Assembly: GCA_022797295.1 (NCBI GenBank)
Contig: JAAWKH010000004.1
Location: 3,888 to 67,887, forward strand
Origin: Peptococcaceae bacterium
GTDB lineage: Bacteria; Bacillota; Dehalobacteriia; UBA4068; UBA4997
Direction: 5' to 3'
Length of the DNA: 64,000 bases
This document shows, one piece after another, positions 26,942 to 36,247 of the stretch (positions are counted from its first letter, which is position 1; each line of letters begins with the position of its first letter). Made by a program: the position numbers and the translations under genes. The notes under the pieces were generated by a model. It did no database searches. It was not told where the DNA came from and worked only from the letters and a program-made list of their open reading frames with translations.

Positions 26942-28108
26942 ATGGAAAATTTTACATTTAAAAGTCCCACCCAGTTTATTTTTGGTATGGATACGCACAA
27001 AAGAGCCGGCAAATATGTGGCCCAATGCGGCGGTAAAAGGGCTTTGGTGCTTTACGGCGGCGGTTCTGTGCTGCGTAGCGGCGTTTTGCATGAGGTTGTG
27101 GATTCTTTGGACGCGGCCGGTGTGGATTGTGTGACGCTGGGCGGCGTGCAGCCTAACCCCGGCAGCTCGTTTGTTTATAAGGCGATTGAGGCGGCCAGAG
27201 AGGCCAGAGTTGATTTTCTGCTGGCGGTGGGCGGCGGCTCCGTGATTGATACGGCCAAAGCGGTGGCTATGGGTGCGCCTTATGGCGGCGATTTTCTGGA
27301 TTTTTACCGCGGTAAGCCGGTGGAGGAGGCTTTGCCGTTGGGCGTGGTGCTGACTATTCCGGCGGCCGGTAGCGAGGGCTCGCCCAACACGGTGATTACT
27401 GATGAGGAGAATAAAATCAAAAAGGGCACCAAGGCGGATTGCTTGCGCCCGCAGTTTGCTATTTTGAACCCGCAGTTGACTTTTACTCTGCCTAAATATC
27501 AAAGCGCCTGCGGTATATCGGATATGATGTCGCATATTTTGGAGCGTTATTTTAGTAAAACGCCGGACAATGCGGTGACCGACCGCATGTGCGAGGCCGT
27601 TTTGCTGGCTGTTAAGGATGTGGCTATGCGGGTGATTATCGACAATGAGGATTACCAAGCGCAGGCTAACCTTATGTGGGCCGGTATGCTGGCGCATAAC
27701 AATATTTGCGGTGTGGGACGGGAGCAGGACTGGGCCAGCCACGCTTTGGCGCACCAGATTTCCGCTTTGTTTGATTCCGCTCACGGCGCGGTTTTGGCGG
27801 TGATTTTCCCGGCCTGGATGCGCTACTGCCTGGATGAGGATGTGGAGCGTTTTGCTCGCCTGGCGGCCAATGTTTGGGAGGTGCCGGAAAGCGATGACAA
27901 ACGGCAGATGGCTTTGGCCGGCATTGAGCGTTATCAGGAGTTTTTGCGCGGTTTGGGTTTGCCCACCAAGCTGGCGCATTTGGACGTGCCGGAAGAGTCT
28001 ATTCCTGAGCTGGTGGAGCTGTTGGTTGCTTCCAACGGCCCAACGGTGGGCAATTTCAAAAAGTTGACGGCCGCCGACGCTGAGGCTATTTATCGTTTAG
28101 CCCTGTAA
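26942..28108 (+). CDS. Iron-containing alcohol dehydrogenase (butanol-dehydrogenase/YqhD-like).
   Basis: FIFGMDTHKRAGKYV, LAVGGGSVIDTAKAVA and conserved His motifs (SHILERY, AHNNICG...SHALAHQIS). Confidence 0.9.
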   Translation: MENFTFKSPTQFIFGMDTHKRAGKYVAQCGGKRALVLYGGGSVLRSGVLHEVVDSLDAAGVDCVTLGGVQPNPGSSFVYKAIEAAREARVDFLLAVGGGSVIDTAKAVAMGAPYGGDFLDFYRGKPVEEALPLGVVLTIPAAGSEGSPNTVITDEENKIKKGTKADCLRPQFAILNPQLTFTLPKYQSACGISDMMSHILERYFSKTPDNAVTDRMCEAVLLAVKDVAMRVIIDNEDYQAQANLMWAGMLAHNNICGVGREQDWASHALAHQISALFDSAHGAVLAVIFPAWMRYCLDEDVERFARLAANVWEVPESDDKRQMALAGIERYQEFLRGLGLPTKLAHLDVPEESIPELVELLVASNGPTVGNFKKLTAADAEAIYRLAL

Positions 28109-28121
28109 TGTGTTTGTGGAA

Positions 28122-30353
28122 ATGCGGTTTGTGGGAGTGGTCGTCAATAAAAAGACGACTGCGTTAAATCGGATATTTTATTACAGCGTGCCGGCGGAGC
28201 TGGCTGACCAGGTGCATTTGGGCCAAATTGTGGAGGTGGATTTTGCCAGCCAACGTTTGGAGGCCATTGTGGTGGAGGAGGCTGACGCGGTGGATTGGCC
28301 GCCGGAAAAAATTAAGCCTTTGCGCCGGGTTATCAGTTCGCAGCCGCTGTTTGGCCCGGATTTGCTGGCTCTTTCCCGCTTTGCGGCGGAATATTACCTG
28401 TGCAGTTGGGTTAGTATGTTGCAGGCAATGTTGCCGGCGGGGATGTATTTAACTGGCAAAATGCCGCGGACTCAAACCCGGCGTTTGGCGCAGTTGACGT
28501 CGGAGGAGGCTGATTGGGCCGGCCTGCGCGGCGTTAAGCAAAAGCGAGTGTTGTCCTGCTTGCAAGCCGCCGGTGGGCCGCTGTCTTTGCCGGAGCTGTT
28601 GGAGCAAACCGGGGCCAGCCTGGCCACGGTGCGCACCCTGGCGGAGCGCGGCCTGCTTCAGCTGACCGAGGAGCTGATTTGGGAGGGCGAGCCGTCAGTT
28701 GCGCCAAAGCCTCGGCCGGAGCTGAGCCCAGACCAAAAACGGGCCTTGGCGGAAATCCGGGAAAATTTTGCTTCATATAATAATGATAGCCCTAAAAAGC
28801 CGGTGTTGTTGCACGGGGTGACGGGCAGCGGCAAAACGGAAATTTATTTGCGCCTGGCGGAGGAACAGCGGCAGGCTGGTCGTCAGAGCATTATTTTGGT
28901 GCCGGAAATTGCCCTGACCCCGCAAACGGTGCGGGTTTTTCAGCAACGCTTTGGCGGTGGGGTGGCCGTGCTACATTCCGGTCTGACGGCGGCGGAACGC
29001 CGGGCGGCTTGGTTGGGCATTGCTCAAGGGCGTTATGATTTGGTGATTGGCGCGCGTTCCGCCGTTTTTGCGCCCACGCCCCGGCTGGGCTTGCTGGTGA
29101 TCGACGAAGAGCATGAGGCTAGCTACAAGCAGGACAATGCGCCGCGCTTTCACACGCGGGTGTTGGCGGAGGAGCGTTGCCGTCTGACCGGCGCAGGCCT
29201 GGTGTTGGGCAGCGCCACGCCGGATGTGGAGAGCTATTTTAAGGCTTTGCGGGGCGATTATTTGCTTTGCCAACTGCCGCAAAGGGTGGCCGGCCGGCCG
29301 GCCGGCGTGCAGCTGGTGGATATGAGCCAGGAGTTTCGCGCTGGCAACAACAGCGTTTTCAGCCGGCTTTTGCAGCAAAAGCTGCGGGCCAACTGGCAGG
29401 CTGGCAAGCAAAGCTTGTTGTTTTTGAACCGACGCGGTTATGAATCCTTTGTTTCTTGTCGACACTGTGGTTATGTGGTGGAATGCCCGCATTGTTCCGT
29501 GGCGATGGCTTATCACATTGGCGACGAGGTTTTGAAATGCCACTACTGCGAACAAACATTGCCCACGCCTGCCAGCTGCCCTAAGTGCGGCTCTGCGGCT
29601 ATTCGCTTTTTTGGCGCGGGCACCCAGAAGATTGTGGAGGCGGTGCAGGCTCTGTTGCCGGAGGCCAAAGTGGCCCGGCTGGACCGGGATGTGACGGCTC
29701 AACGCGGCAGTTACGAGCAGGTTTATCAAGCGATGTTGGCCGGGCAGATTGATGTTTTGGTGGGCACTCAGATGATTGCCAAGGGGTTGGATTTTCCGCA
29801 TCTTACGCTGGTGGGCGTGGTGGCGGCGGATATTGCCCTGCATATGCCGGATTTGCGCAGCGGCGAGCGGGCCTTTCAGCTGACCTGCCAGGTGGCCGGA
29901 CGGGCTGGCCGGGCCGAGGGGGCGGCCGGCGAGGTTGTCGTGCAAACTTATCAGCCGGATTCGGATATTTTGCAGGCGGCTGCCCGGCAGGATTATCAGG
30001 CTTTTTATCAACAGGAAATTTTGCGCCGGGAGCTGGCGGCTTATCCGCCGTTTTGTTCGTTGATTAGGTTGGTTATCAGCGCAACCAATTTGTGGCTGGC
30101 GCAGGATATTGGCCGCCGCCTGGCTTTTTTGTTGCAGCAAGCGTTGGAGGACAGGCCGACTGCCGCTGTGCAGTATTGGGGGCCGAAGCCTTGCCCAAAG
30201 GCTAAAATTAAGGATCGGCACCGTTTGCAAATCTTGCTGAAAAGCCCGGATTTGGCGTTGGCCCGCGCTGTGGTTCGGCAGGCGGTGGCGGCTTTGCCGT
30301 TGCCTAAGGAGGCCAATCTGGCTGTTGATGTGGAGCCGCTTAATATGATATGA
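28122..30353 (+). CDS. priA: Primosomal protein N' (replication restart helicase PriA).
   Basis: LHGVTGSGKTEIYL, VIDEEHE, and the Cys-rich zinc region CRHCGYVVECPHCSVAMAYH...CHYCEQ...CPKCGS. GTG codons at 28110 and 28116 are alternative starts. Confidence 0.92.
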   Translation: MRFVGVVVNKKTTALNRIFYYSVPAELADQVHLGQIVEVDFASQRLEAIVVEEADAVDWPPEKIKPLRRVISSQPLFGPDLLALSRFAAEYYLCSWVSMLQAMLPAGMYLTGKMPRTQTRRLAQLTSEEADWAGLRGVKQKRVLSCLQAAGGPLSLPELLEQTGASLATVRTLAERGLLQLTEELIWEGEPSVAPKPRPELSPDQKRALAEIRENFASYNNDSPKKPVLLHGVTGSGKTEIYLRLAEEQRQAGRQSIILVPEIALTPQTVRVFQQRFGGGVAVLHSGLTAAERRAAWLGIAQGRYDLVIGARSAVFAPTPRLGLLVIDEEHEASYKQDNAPRFHTRVLAEERCRLTGAGLVLGSATPDVESYFKALRGDYLLCQLPQRVAGRPAGVQLVDMSQEFRAGNNSVFSRLLQQKLRANWQAGKQSLLFLNRRGYESFVSCRHCGYVVECPHCSVAMAYHIGDEVLKCHYCEQTLPTPASCPKCGSAAIRFFGAGTQKIVEAVQALLPEAKVARLDRDVTAQRGSYEQVYQAMLAGQIDVLVGTQMIAKGLDFPHLTLVGVVAADIALHMPDLRSGERAFQLTCQVAGRAGRAEGAAGEVVVQTYQPDSDILQAAARQDYQAFYQQEILRRELAAYPPFCSLIRLVISATNLWLAQDIGRRLAFLLQQALEDRPTAAVQYWGPKPCPKAKIKDRHRLQILLKSPDLALARAVVRQAVAALPLPKEANLAVDVEPLNMI

Positions 30354-30388
30354 AAGGCAGATAAAATCGATGTTGCAGCTGATTTTAT

Positions 30389-30417
30389 TTGCTTTTTATA
30401 TATGACCATGGTATAAT
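30389..30417 (+). promoter_or_regulatory. Sigma-70-like promoter with an extended -10, upstream of the TerD-domain gene.
   Basis: TTGCTT, a 17-nt spacer containing TG-g, then TATAAT (tggtataat). Confidence 0.5.
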
Positions 30418-30561
30418 GTGACTGATTAGCTCTTATGACAACAATATAACCGCATTTTAATGGATACCATAATGATATACATAAAATAATTTTGCTTCTA
30501 TGGTGCGATTGTTTTTAAATATTGTTGTAAATATTAAATATAGCAGATATGGAGGGACGCT

Positions 30562-31749
30562 GTGAATATTCAACGTGGCACAAGAGATAAACTGGATAAA
30601 TATGTGGATTTGAACCAAAATGTTGAGGTTTTAATGAATGTTGCCGGCAGTTCGGTATATGACTACAGCTGCTTTGGCGTGGATGAAGCTGGCAAACTTT
30701 CAGAAGACCGTTATATGGTGTTTTATAATCAGGTGCAGTCGCCTAATGGTGAGGTTGTATATTCCGCGGATGGACAAGGGGCCAAATTTGTGTTAAAGCT
30801 TGCTCAGCTGCCTACTTCCATCAATAAATTGGTGTTTACTGTCAGTATTGATGGTAATGGTACAATGGGGGATATAACTTCGCACGTAGTGTCAATAGGA
30901 CAAAATGGTCAGCAGCTAATAGAACTGCGAATGAGTGGTAATGATTTTCACAGTGAAAAGGCAATTATTGCTATTGAAATTTATAAAAAGGATGTTTGGC
31001 GTTTTGCGGCAGTGGCCAATGGTTTTAACGGCGGCCTTGGCGATTTGCTGCGGTTTTATGGCGGTGAAGAGATGGAAGCACAGCCGCAACCCCAGCCTCA
31101 GCCCCAACCAAAACCTCAACCTCAACTTTCATCTCCGCCCCAAAATATTCCTCAGAAAGTGGAGCTGCGAAAAGGGGAAAAAGTGAACCTGCGCAAAAAT
31201 AGCAACGCCAGCTTGGGTGAAATATTGATTAATTTGAATTGGCAACAGCCTGTTGCTAAAGGAGGACTTTTCGGTTCGCAGTCTAGGGCCATTGATTTGG
31301 ATTTGGGTTGTTTATATGAACTGAAAAATGGTCAGAAAGGATGCGTCCAGGCCCTTGGCAAGGCTTTTGGCAGCTTGAATAATCCGCCGTTTATTGCATT
31401 GGATGGTGATGATAGAAGCGGAGCCTCCGCTGGTGGAGAAAATCTTCGGGTAAATGGCGCTATGCTTGCGCAAATTAAGCGTATTTTAATTTATACATTT
31501 ATATACAAGGGCGCTGCTAAATGGGCGGAGGCGCAAGGTGTTGTTTCGGTGAAATGCCCTGGAAGCCAGGAGATTATCGTGCGTATGGACGAATATGGCT
31601 CTAATCTGCCTATGTGCGCTATTGCATTGTTGGAGAACTATAACAATGAAACCTTTAGCGTGGAAAAGGTTATTCGGTTTTTCAAAAATCATAAGCCAAT
31701 GGACGAGGCCTTTCATTGGGGGCTAAAATGGGTGGCAGGCAGAAAATAG
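30562..31749 (+). CDS. Two-domain TerD/TerA-like (tellurite-resistance family) protein with a Pro/Gln-rich linker.
   Basis: The N-terminal TerD-like part reads YDYSCFGVDEAGKLSEDRYMVFYNQ...LVFTVSIDG. The linker is QPQPQPQPQPKPQPQ. The second domain reads IDLDLGCLYELKNGQ...ALDGDDRSG. GTG start after ggaggg. Confidence 0.8.
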   Translation: MNIQRGTRDKLDKYVDLNQNVEVLMNVAGSSVYDYSCFGVDEAGKLSEDRYMVFYNQVQSPNGEVVYSADGQGAKFVLKLAQLPTSINKLVFTVSIDGNGTMGDITSHVVSIGQNGQQLIELRMSGNDFHSEKAIIAIEIYKKDVWRFAAVANGFNGGLGDLLRFYGGEEMEAQPQPQPQPQPKPQPQLSSPPQNIPQKVELRKGEKVNLRKNSNASLGEILINLNWQQPVAKGGLFGSQSRAIDLDLGCLYELKNGQKGCVQALGKAFGSLNNPPFIALDGDDRSGASAGGENLRVNGAMLAQIKRILIYTFIYKGAAKWAEAQGVVSVKCPGSQEIIVRMDEYGSNLPMCAIALLENYNNETFSVEKVIRFFKNHKPMDEAFHWGLKWVAGRK

Positions 31750-31793
31750 TTAATTTGATTATTAAGCAATATTAAAAATTGGGAGTGGTTAGC

Positions 31794-33476
31794 ATGGTTG
31801 AAATAAAAACTGATTTAAAAAGCTGTGAGATGAAAGAGGGCTATATGCGCTCGCCTCAACGTTCATTGCTTTACGCATTGGGACTGACGCCGGAGGAGAT
31901 TAACCGGCCGCTGGTGGGCATTGTGAATTCCTTTAACGAGGTTGTGCCGGGGCATATGCACCTGCGCCAGGTGGCGGAGGCGGTGAAAGCCGGGGTGCGG
32001 CTGGCCGGCGGCACTCCGTTGGAGTTTCCGGCGATTGCCGTTTGCGACGGCATTGCTATGGGGCATGTGGGTATGAAATATTCTCTGGCTAGCCGGGAGC
32101 TGATTGCGGATTCGGCGGAAACGATGGCTTTGGCCCACGCCTTTGACGCTCTGGTTTTTATCCCAAACTGTGATAAGATTGTGCCTGGCATGTTGATGGC
32201 GGCGGCGCGGCTGGATTTGCCTTGCGTTTTTGTCAGCGGCGGGCCAATGCTGGCCGGCAAGCTGAACGGGCGCACGCTGGACTTGAATTCTAACTTTGAG
32301 GCTTCCGGCGCGTTTGCAGCCGGCAAAATTGACCAAGCCGAGCTGGACGCGATTGAGCAGAACGCCTGCCCAACCTGCGGCAGCTGTTCTGGTATGTTCA
32401 CGGCCAATTCGATGAATTGCCTTTCCGAGGTTTTGGGTATGGCCTTGCCAGGCAACGGCACTGTGGCGGCGGTGGATTCCGGCCGCCTGCGTTTGGCCAA
32501 GCAGGCTGGTATGCAGGTTATGCGCCTGCTGGAGGCGGATTTGCGGCCGCACGATATTATGACGGCGGCGGCTTTCAAAAATGCCCTGATTGCGGATATG
32601 GCGATGGGTTGCTCAACCAACACGGTGTTGCATTTGCCGGCCATTGCGCACGAGGCCGGCGTGCCGCTGGATTTAGATATGATTAATGAAATTAGCGAGG
32701 TTACGCCGCATTTGTGCAAGCTGGCCCCGGCTGGTGAGCACCATATTGAGGATTTGCAGGCGGCCGGCGGGATGTCCGCTTTGTTGGCGGAGTTGGCTAA
32801 ACAGGGCTTGCTGGATACCACTACTAAGACGGTTACCGGCCAAACGCTGGGCGAGAATATCCAGAACGCCAAAGTGCTGCTGCCGGATGTAATTCGCAAC
32901 GCGGAAACGGCTTACAGTCAAAAGGGCGGTTTGAAGATTTTGCGCGGTAATTTGGCTTTGGACGGCGCGGTGGTGAAACGGGCTGCCGTGGCCCCGGAAA
33001 TGCTGGTGCACAGCGGCCCGGCCCGCGTGTTCGACGGCGAGGAGGAAGCCGTGGCGGCTATCACCGGCGGCCAAATTAAGGCTGGCGACGTGGTGGTTAT
33101 CCGCTATGAGGGCCCCAAGGGCGGCCCTGGTATGCGGGAGATGTTGACCCCAACCTCAGCAATTCAGGGCATGGGGCTGGGTGAGAGCGTGGCTTTGATT
33201 ACGGACGGGCGTTTTTCCGGCGCAACTCGCGGCGCGGCTATTGGCCATGTGTCGCCGGAGGCTGCCGAGGGCGGTTTGATTGGCCTGGTGCAGGAGGGCG
33301 ACCGGATTGAGATTGATATTAATGCGGGCAGTTTGCAGCTGGCCGTGCCGGAGGCGGAGCTGGCTGAACGTCGGGCGGCTTGGGTGCAACCGGAGCCTAA
33401 AATTAAAAAGGGTTATCTGGCTAAATATGCGCAACGGGTAACATCCGCCGCCACCGGCGCGGTGACGGTGCGCTAA
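31794..33476 (+). CDS. ilvD: Dihydroxy-acid dehydratase.
   Basis: [59 protein letters not shown]. Confidence 0.95.
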   Translation: MVEIKTDLKSCEMKEGYMRSPQRSLLYALGLTPEEINRPLVGIVNSFNEVVPGHMHLRQVAEAVKAGVRLAGGTPLEFPAIAVCDGIAMGHVGMKYSLASRELIADSAETMALAHAFDALVFIPNCDKIVPGMLMAAARLDLPCVFVSGGPMLAGKLNGRTLDLNSNFEASGAFAAGKIDQAELDAIEQNACPTCGSCSGMFTANSMNCLSEVLGMALPGNGTVAAVDSGRLRLAKQAGMQVMRLLEADLRPHDIMTAAAFKNALIADMAMGCSTNTVLHLPAIAHEAGVPLDLDMINEISEVTPHLCKLAPAGEHHIEDLQAAGGMSALLAELAKQGLLDTTTKTVTGQTLGENIQNAKVLLPDVIRNAETAYSQKGGLKILRGNLALDGAVVKRAAVAPEMLVHSGPARVFDGEEEAVAAITGGQIKAGDVVVIRYEGPKGGPGMREMLTPTSAIQGMGLGESVALITDGRFSGATRGAAIGHVSPEAAEGGLIGLVQEGDRIEIDINAGSLQLAVPEAELAERRAAWVQPEPKIKKGYLAKYAQRVTSAATGAVTVR

Positions 33477-33510
33477 GCTAATATAAAAATAGGGAAAAGC
33501 GGAGGGCTAT

Positions 33511-33993
33511 ATGAAGCATATATTGAATGTGCTGGTACAGGACCGCTCCGGCGTGTTGGTGCGAGTGGCCGGGCTGTTCAGCCGCCGGGGCTACAACATC
33601 AACAGCCTGACGGTGGGCAGCACGGAAAACCCCGGCGTGTCCTGTATGACGATTGTGGTGGAGGGCGACGACCGCATTATTGAGCAGGTGACTAAGCAGC
33701 TGCACAAGGTGGTTGAGGTGCTGAAAATCAATGACGTGACCAATGAGGAATATGTGGGCCGGGAGCTGATGTTGCTGCGCGTGCAGGCCAACAAGGAGGA
33801 CCGGGTGGAGATCATGCACCTGTGTGAAATATTCCGCATAAAAATTGTGGATATTAACCGCAAAAGCTTTATTATTGAGGCCACTGGGACGCACAGCAAG
33901 CTGGACGCTATCGAGCAGGCTTTTCGGCCCTTTGGTATGCAGAAAATGAGCCGCACCGGCATCATTGCTATGGTGCGCGGTGAAAAGGGGTGA
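33511..33993 (+). CDS. ilvN: Acetolactate synthase small (regulatory) subunit.
   Basis: HILNVLVQDRSGVLVRVAGLFSRRGYNINSLTVG (ACT domain), 160 aa. Confidence 0.93.
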   Translation: MKHILNVLVQDRSGVLVRVAGLFSRRGYNINSLTVGSTENPGVSCMTIVVEGDDRIIEQVTKQLHKVVEVLKINDVTNEEYVGRELMLLRVQANKEDRVEIMHLCEIFRIKIVDINRKSFIIEATGTHSKLDAIEQAFRPFGMQKMSRTGIIAMVRGEKG

Positions 33994-35714
33994 GCGTTTT
34001 GGCAGAGATTAAAGACACTGAAAACCGCCAGCTGAACGGTGCACAGGCGATTATCGCTTGCCTGGAGCTGGAGCAGGTGGACACTGTTTTCAGCTATCCG
34101 GGCGGCGCGGTGCTGAGCATTTTTGAGGCTCTGCGGGAATCCAATAAGATTAAAAACGTGCTGACGCGGACGGAGCAGGGCGCCACCCACGCGGCCAGCG
34201 GCTATGCGCGGGCCAGCGGCAAGGCGGGAGTTTGCATTGCCACTTCCGGCCCGGGGGCCACCAACCTGGTGACGGGGCTGGCCACGGCTTATATGGATTC
34301 CATTCCGATGGTGGCTATCACTGGGCAGGTTTCCACCGCCATGATTGGCACCGACGCTTTTCAGGAAATTGATATAACCGGTATCACCAGGCCGATTGTG
34401 AAACACAGCTATTTGGTGACGAATGTGAACGACCTGCCGCAGGTGATTAAGGAAGCCTTTTATCTGGCGACTACCGGCCGTCCTGGCCCGGTGCTGGTTG
34501 ACGTACCCAAGAATGTGGCGGATAGCCTTTGCAAAGCGGCCATTCCGGGTCAGATTGACCTGCCCGGCTACAAGCCGACCTTTAAGGGGCACCAGCTGAA
34601 AATTCAAAATGCCTGCAAGCTGTTGCAGGCAGCCAAAAAGCCGCTGATTTACGCCGGCGGCGGGGTGATTAGCGCGCGGGCGGAGGAGCTGCTGCAAAAG
34701 CTGGCTCACCGGCTAGACGCGCCGGTTGCGGTGACGTTGCTGGGCAAGGCGGCTTATCCTTTCCGGGACGGTTATTATATTGGTATGCTGGGCATTCACG
34801 GCGCGCCGGCCGCTAATTTGGCGGTTTCCGAGTGCGATGTGTTGCTGGCCGTGGGCGCGCGTTTTGACGACCGAGTGACGGGAAATGTGGCGGAATTTGC
34901 CAAGGAGGCCAAAATTATCCACGTGGATGTGGACCCGGCGGAGATTGGCAAAAACGTGCCGGCCGACGTGCCGATTGTGGGCGACGCAGCGGCGATTATT
35001 GAGGTTATGCTGGATTTTTTGGAGCAATCTGAGCATGATGTTTGGCGGGCCAAGATTGAAAGCTGGCGGCCTTTGCACAGCGACGCTTACGACGCTAATC
35101 TGGCAGGCGCGGCCAATGGTCAGCTGCATTTCCGGGAGGTTTTGCAGGCGTTAAATCGCCAAACTAAGGGCAAGGCCGTGGTGACGACTGACGTTGGCCA
35201 GCACCAGATGGTGGCGGCCCAGTTTTATCACGCCCGGCAGGGCGGCGGCTTCATCAGCTCCGGCGGTTTGGGCACTATGGGCTACGGCCTGCCGGCTGCG
35301 GTTGGCGCTCAGCTGGCCCGGCCGGAGGCTTTGGTGGTTTGCATAACCGGCGACGGTAGTTTTCAGATGACGATGAATGAGCTGGCCACGGCAAAGGCGC
35401 AACGGCTGCCGATTAAGGTTATCCTTTCCAACAACAGCAATTTGGGTATGGTGCGGCAGCTACAAAAATATTACTCTGAGGAGCATTATTTTGGCATTGA
35501 TTTGGAGGGCAACCCTGATTTTGCCAAAATTGCCGAGGCTTATGATATGGCCTATTTTCGGCTGGAGAGGCCGGAGGATGTGGAGGCCACTTTGCAGGCT
35601 GCTTTGGCCTGCGACCGCCTGACGTTGGTGGAATGTTTAATTGCCAAGGAGGAAATGGTTTACCCCATGGTGCTCAACGGCAAAGGACTTTCCGAGATGG
35701 TTGTGGCGGAATAA
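33990..35714 (+). CDS. ilvB: Acetolactate synthase large (catalytic) subunit.
   Basis: TRTEQGATHAASGYARASGKAGVCIATSGPGATNLVTGLATAYMDSIPMVAITGQV, and the ThDP motif GDGSFQMTMNELAT...NN. The GTG start overlaps the ilvN stop by 4 nt. Confidence 0.95.
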   Translation: MSVLAEIKDTENRQLNGAQAIIACLELEQVDTVFSYPGGAVLSIFEALRESNKIKNVLTRTEQGATHAASGYARASGKAGVCIATSGPGATNLVTGLATAYMDSIPMVAITGQVSTAMIGTDAFQEIDITGITRPIVKHSYLVTNVNDLPQVIKEAFYLATTGRPGPVLVDVPKNVADSLCKAAIPGQIDLPGYKPTFKGHQLKIQNACKLLQAAKKPLIYAGGGVISARAEELLQKLAHRLDAPVAVTLLGKAAYPFRDGYYIGMLGIHGAPAANLAVSECDVLLAVGARFDDRVTGNVAEFAKEAKIIHVDVDPAEIGKNVPADVPIVGDAAAIIEVMLDFLEQSEHDVWRAKIESWRPLHSDAYDANLAGAANGQLHFREVLQALNRQTKGKAVVTTDVGQHQMVAAQFYHARQGGGFISSGGLGTMGYGLPAAVGAQLARPEALVVCITGDGSFQMTMNELATAKAQRLPIKVILSNNSNLGMVRQLQKYYSEEHYFGIDLEGNPDFAKIAEAYDMAYFRLERPEDVEATLQAALACDRLTLVECLIAKEEMVYPMVLNGKGLSEMVVAE

Positions 35715-35749
35715 ATTTTGGTGGAATAAGAGGAAAAGGAGCTTGTTTT

Positions 35750-36232
35750 ATGACTGAGCAAAAACTGCGGCCGCCTTTTATTGAGGCAGATTGGCCGACC
35801 AAAATTGAGTATATGAATGAAAATGAAAATTTTTACCACTCCGACGGCCTGGAGGTGGTGGAGTTGGGCCAGGGTTGGGTGCATATGGTTATGCCGGTGC
35901 AAAAGCGGCATTTGAACTTGCAGGGGCAGGTGCATGGCGGCTGGCTGGCGGCCTTGATTGGCCAGGCCGCTGGCAAAGCTGGCCTTTCCTATGGCTATTT
36001 TGTAACGCCGGAGCAGGTTTCGCTCAATTATCACAACAGCTGCGCCGGCGGCGTTTTGCACGCTGTGGCCAAGGAAAAGAACCGGGGCAAGCATTTGGGC
36101 ATTTACACAGTGGATGTGCGGGACGAGGCTGATTTGTTGATTGCTTCCGGCACTGCCACGCTGTATATTCAGGATAAGCAGGTGGATTTCCCGCGCGAGA
36201 GGCGGCAAATTTCCGCCCAGGATTTTGTATAA
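35750..36232 (+). CDS. PaaI-family (hotdog-fold) thioesterase.
   Basis: ATG 35750 follows aaaggag. Motif NLQGQVHGGWLAALIGQAAG. 160 aa. Confidence 0.8.
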   Translation: MTEQKLRPPFIEADWPTKIEYMNENENFYHSDGLEVVELGQGWVHMVMPVQKRHLNLQGQVHGGWLAALIGQAAGKAGLSYGYFVTPEQVSLNYHNSCAGGVLHAVAKEKNRGKHLGIYTVDVRDEADLLIASGTATLYIQDKQVDFPRERRQISAQDFV

Positions 36233-36247
36233 GGAGGCGGCCAGAGA

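Noticed and set aside
31081-31130. cagccgcaaccccagcctcagccccaaccaaaacctcaacct repeat, which looks like a tandem repeat or array.
   Set aside because: It is an in-frame Pro-Gln linker (QPQPQPQPQPKPQPQ) between the two TerD domains, not a CRISPR or satellite array. No CRISPR-like repeat-spacer structure was seen anywhere in the window.
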